Of a DNA stretch of 64,000 nt, positions 62,920-64,000 are shown in pieces. The notes beneath the pieces were generated by a model. The model was given only the letters and a program-made list of their open reading frames with translations, was not told the origin of the DNA and did not search any database. Source of the stretch: a virus (Duplodnaviria > Caudoviricetes). The DNA lies in the IMG/VR virus record IMGVR_UViG_3300022309_000005, positions 8,806 to 72,805 of that record; one strand, written 5' to 3'. Both the position numbers and the translations under genes were made by a program. Position 1 is the first letter of the stretch. Every line of letters begins with the position of its first letter.

Positions 62920-63245
62920 GGCGGCCCCAAGAGTTGAAGACGTCCGCCCCCGAGCAGCGCGAGCGCGACCAGCCCGCCGACAGCGGATCGGACCCGAGCT
63001 GCGCGCCTGCGCTGCACCTGGCGATACACCGCCGCCAAGCTCATGTGCTCCTCTGAGCAGTACCGCCGCCGGCCCCGTGGGCAGTCCGCGCGGCACCATC
63101 CGCACCTGGGGCGGGAGCGGCGGGAGGGCTGGATGTAGTGCCCTTCGAGGTACTGGCGCGGGCGGCCCTCCCGGGGCTGCGGGTTGACGGAGCCGCAGCC
63201 GCAGCCGCAGTAGCGGAGGCCGGAGATCTTGACGGTGGCAATCAT
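62916..63245 (-). CDS. Cys-rich zinc-binding protein with TM tail
   Basis: YCGCGCG...CGWC...YCSEEH. Confidence 0.68.
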   Translation of the reverse strand: MIATVKISGLRYCGCGCGSVNPQPREGRPRQYLEGHYIQPSRRSRPRCGWCRADCPRGRRRYCSEEHMSLAAVYRQVQRRRAARVRSAVGGLVALALLGGGRLQLLGPP

Positions 63246-63931
63246 GCGCCCTCCGCGAACAGGACGCCCTGACGTAGCCGGTCAACGCAGGCGTCGAGGT
63301 ACTCGGGCACCAGCTCGATCCCGATGAAACGCAGCCCGAGCCGCTTCGCCGCCGCCGCTTCGGGGCCGGAACCGAGCCAGGGCGAGAGCACGAGGTCTCC
63401 CGGCTTCAGCCCCGCTCGCTGGAAGCCCCACGATGCCAGCGCTTCGGGCTTCTGGGTGGGGTGGACGCGCGTCCCGTTGTTGTGCTCTTTCGACGCCTGG
63501 CACAGCCCGTCCCACATGAAACGGAACATCCGCATTGGTCCCCCAAGGTTCGTCCAGGCGAGTTCCGCATCTGCTTGTGCGCGTTCTGGTATCGCGTCGG
63601 TCCGCTTGTCCCAGCACCACCACGACGAAGACGGCGGCAGCCTGTGCGCATAGTGGTTCGCCCCCCAGAGCACCAGCCGCTCGAACTCGAGCCAGCGTGC
63701 TGGATCGAACGGCCTGTCGTCTCCAGCTACGGGCGCCCAGTTCTTCCCATCCTTGGCGACCCCGGTCGGCCGTGGTCCACCGGAGGATCTCCGCGTGTCG
63801 ACAGCGATTCCATACGGCGGGTCACCCCACAGCAGCGCCACGTCATCGGGCTTGATCCCGAGCGCCCGGAGCACCTCGCGGTTGTCGCCCTGGTACAGGT
63901 CGATCCCGGGCTCGTGGTAGTAGGGCGTCAC
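63242..63931 (-). CDS. N6-adenine/N4-cytosine DNA methyltransferase (beta class)
   Basis: DPPYG before HPTQKP and WLGSG. Confidence 0.9.
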   Translation of the reverse strand: MTPYYHEPGIDLYQGDNREVLRALGIKPDDVALLWGDPPYGIAVDTRRSSGGPRPTGVAKDGKNWAPVAGDDRPFDPARWLEFERLVLWGANHYAHRLPPSSSWWCWDKRTDAIPERAQADAELAWTNLGGPMRMFRFMWDGLCQASKEHNNGTRVHPTQKPEALASWGFQRAGLKPGDLVLSPWLGSGPEAAAAKRLGLRFIGIELVPEYLDACVDRLRQGVLFAEGA

Positions 63932-64000
63932 GGCTTCACCGCCCCGATGGCCCGGAGCGCCTCCTCGGGCGACTCGACGACGCAGACCTGGCCGCGCTAA
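63928..64000 (-). CDS. Partial VRR-NUC-like nuclease (C-terminus), homolog of 27493-27783
   Basis: RGQVCVVESPEEALRAIGAVKP*. Confidence 0.8.

Larger units (their letters stand above)
1..64000. mobile_element. Tandem array of two related podovirus-like phage genomes (A-B-A arrangement)
   Basis: Every module recurs about 36.3-36.6 kb later with high but incomplete identity; no host housekeeping genes seen. Confidence 0.93.

Noticed and set aside
1-64000. Recent exact duplication of a single prophage
   Set aside because: Copies differ by substitutions throughout and by non-homologous gene replacements

Overview
The whole window is phage DNA (roughly 70% GC by eye; a Myxococcota-like host is only a guess). 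It holds a head-to-tail tandem of two related but distinct short-tailed (podovirus-type) phage genomes with a period of about 36.6 kb. Each has a minus-strand late operon: terS, terL, portal, scaffold, major capsid, decoration, tail tubular A/B, GNAT, three ejection proteins, tail fibre and lysis genes. Each also has a strongly promoted plus-strand operon of small variable early genes, a minus-strand replication/methyltransferase block and a plus-strand recombination block. A 685-bp block that looks identical by eye (23140-23824 = 59738-60422, covering terS and a HAD gene) is the likely junction. I call the enclosed 36,598-bp unit phage B and the flanks phage A. The structure is either a real cointegrate or an assembly join. 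Phage B is complete yet shows no integrase, partition system or CI-type switch; a long structured non-coding locus sits where int/att would be in a lambdoid layout. The most interesting signal is the early operon. Unrelated small ORFs, one resembling a Crn4-type ring nuclease, sit in fixed slots separated by conserved structured spacers. These include a 53-nt tRNA-like element lacking an anticodon arm and a solitary CRISPR I-C-repeat-like hairpin. This suggests a protein-plus-RNA anti-defence cassette array. All homology calls come from motif recognition, not database searches.
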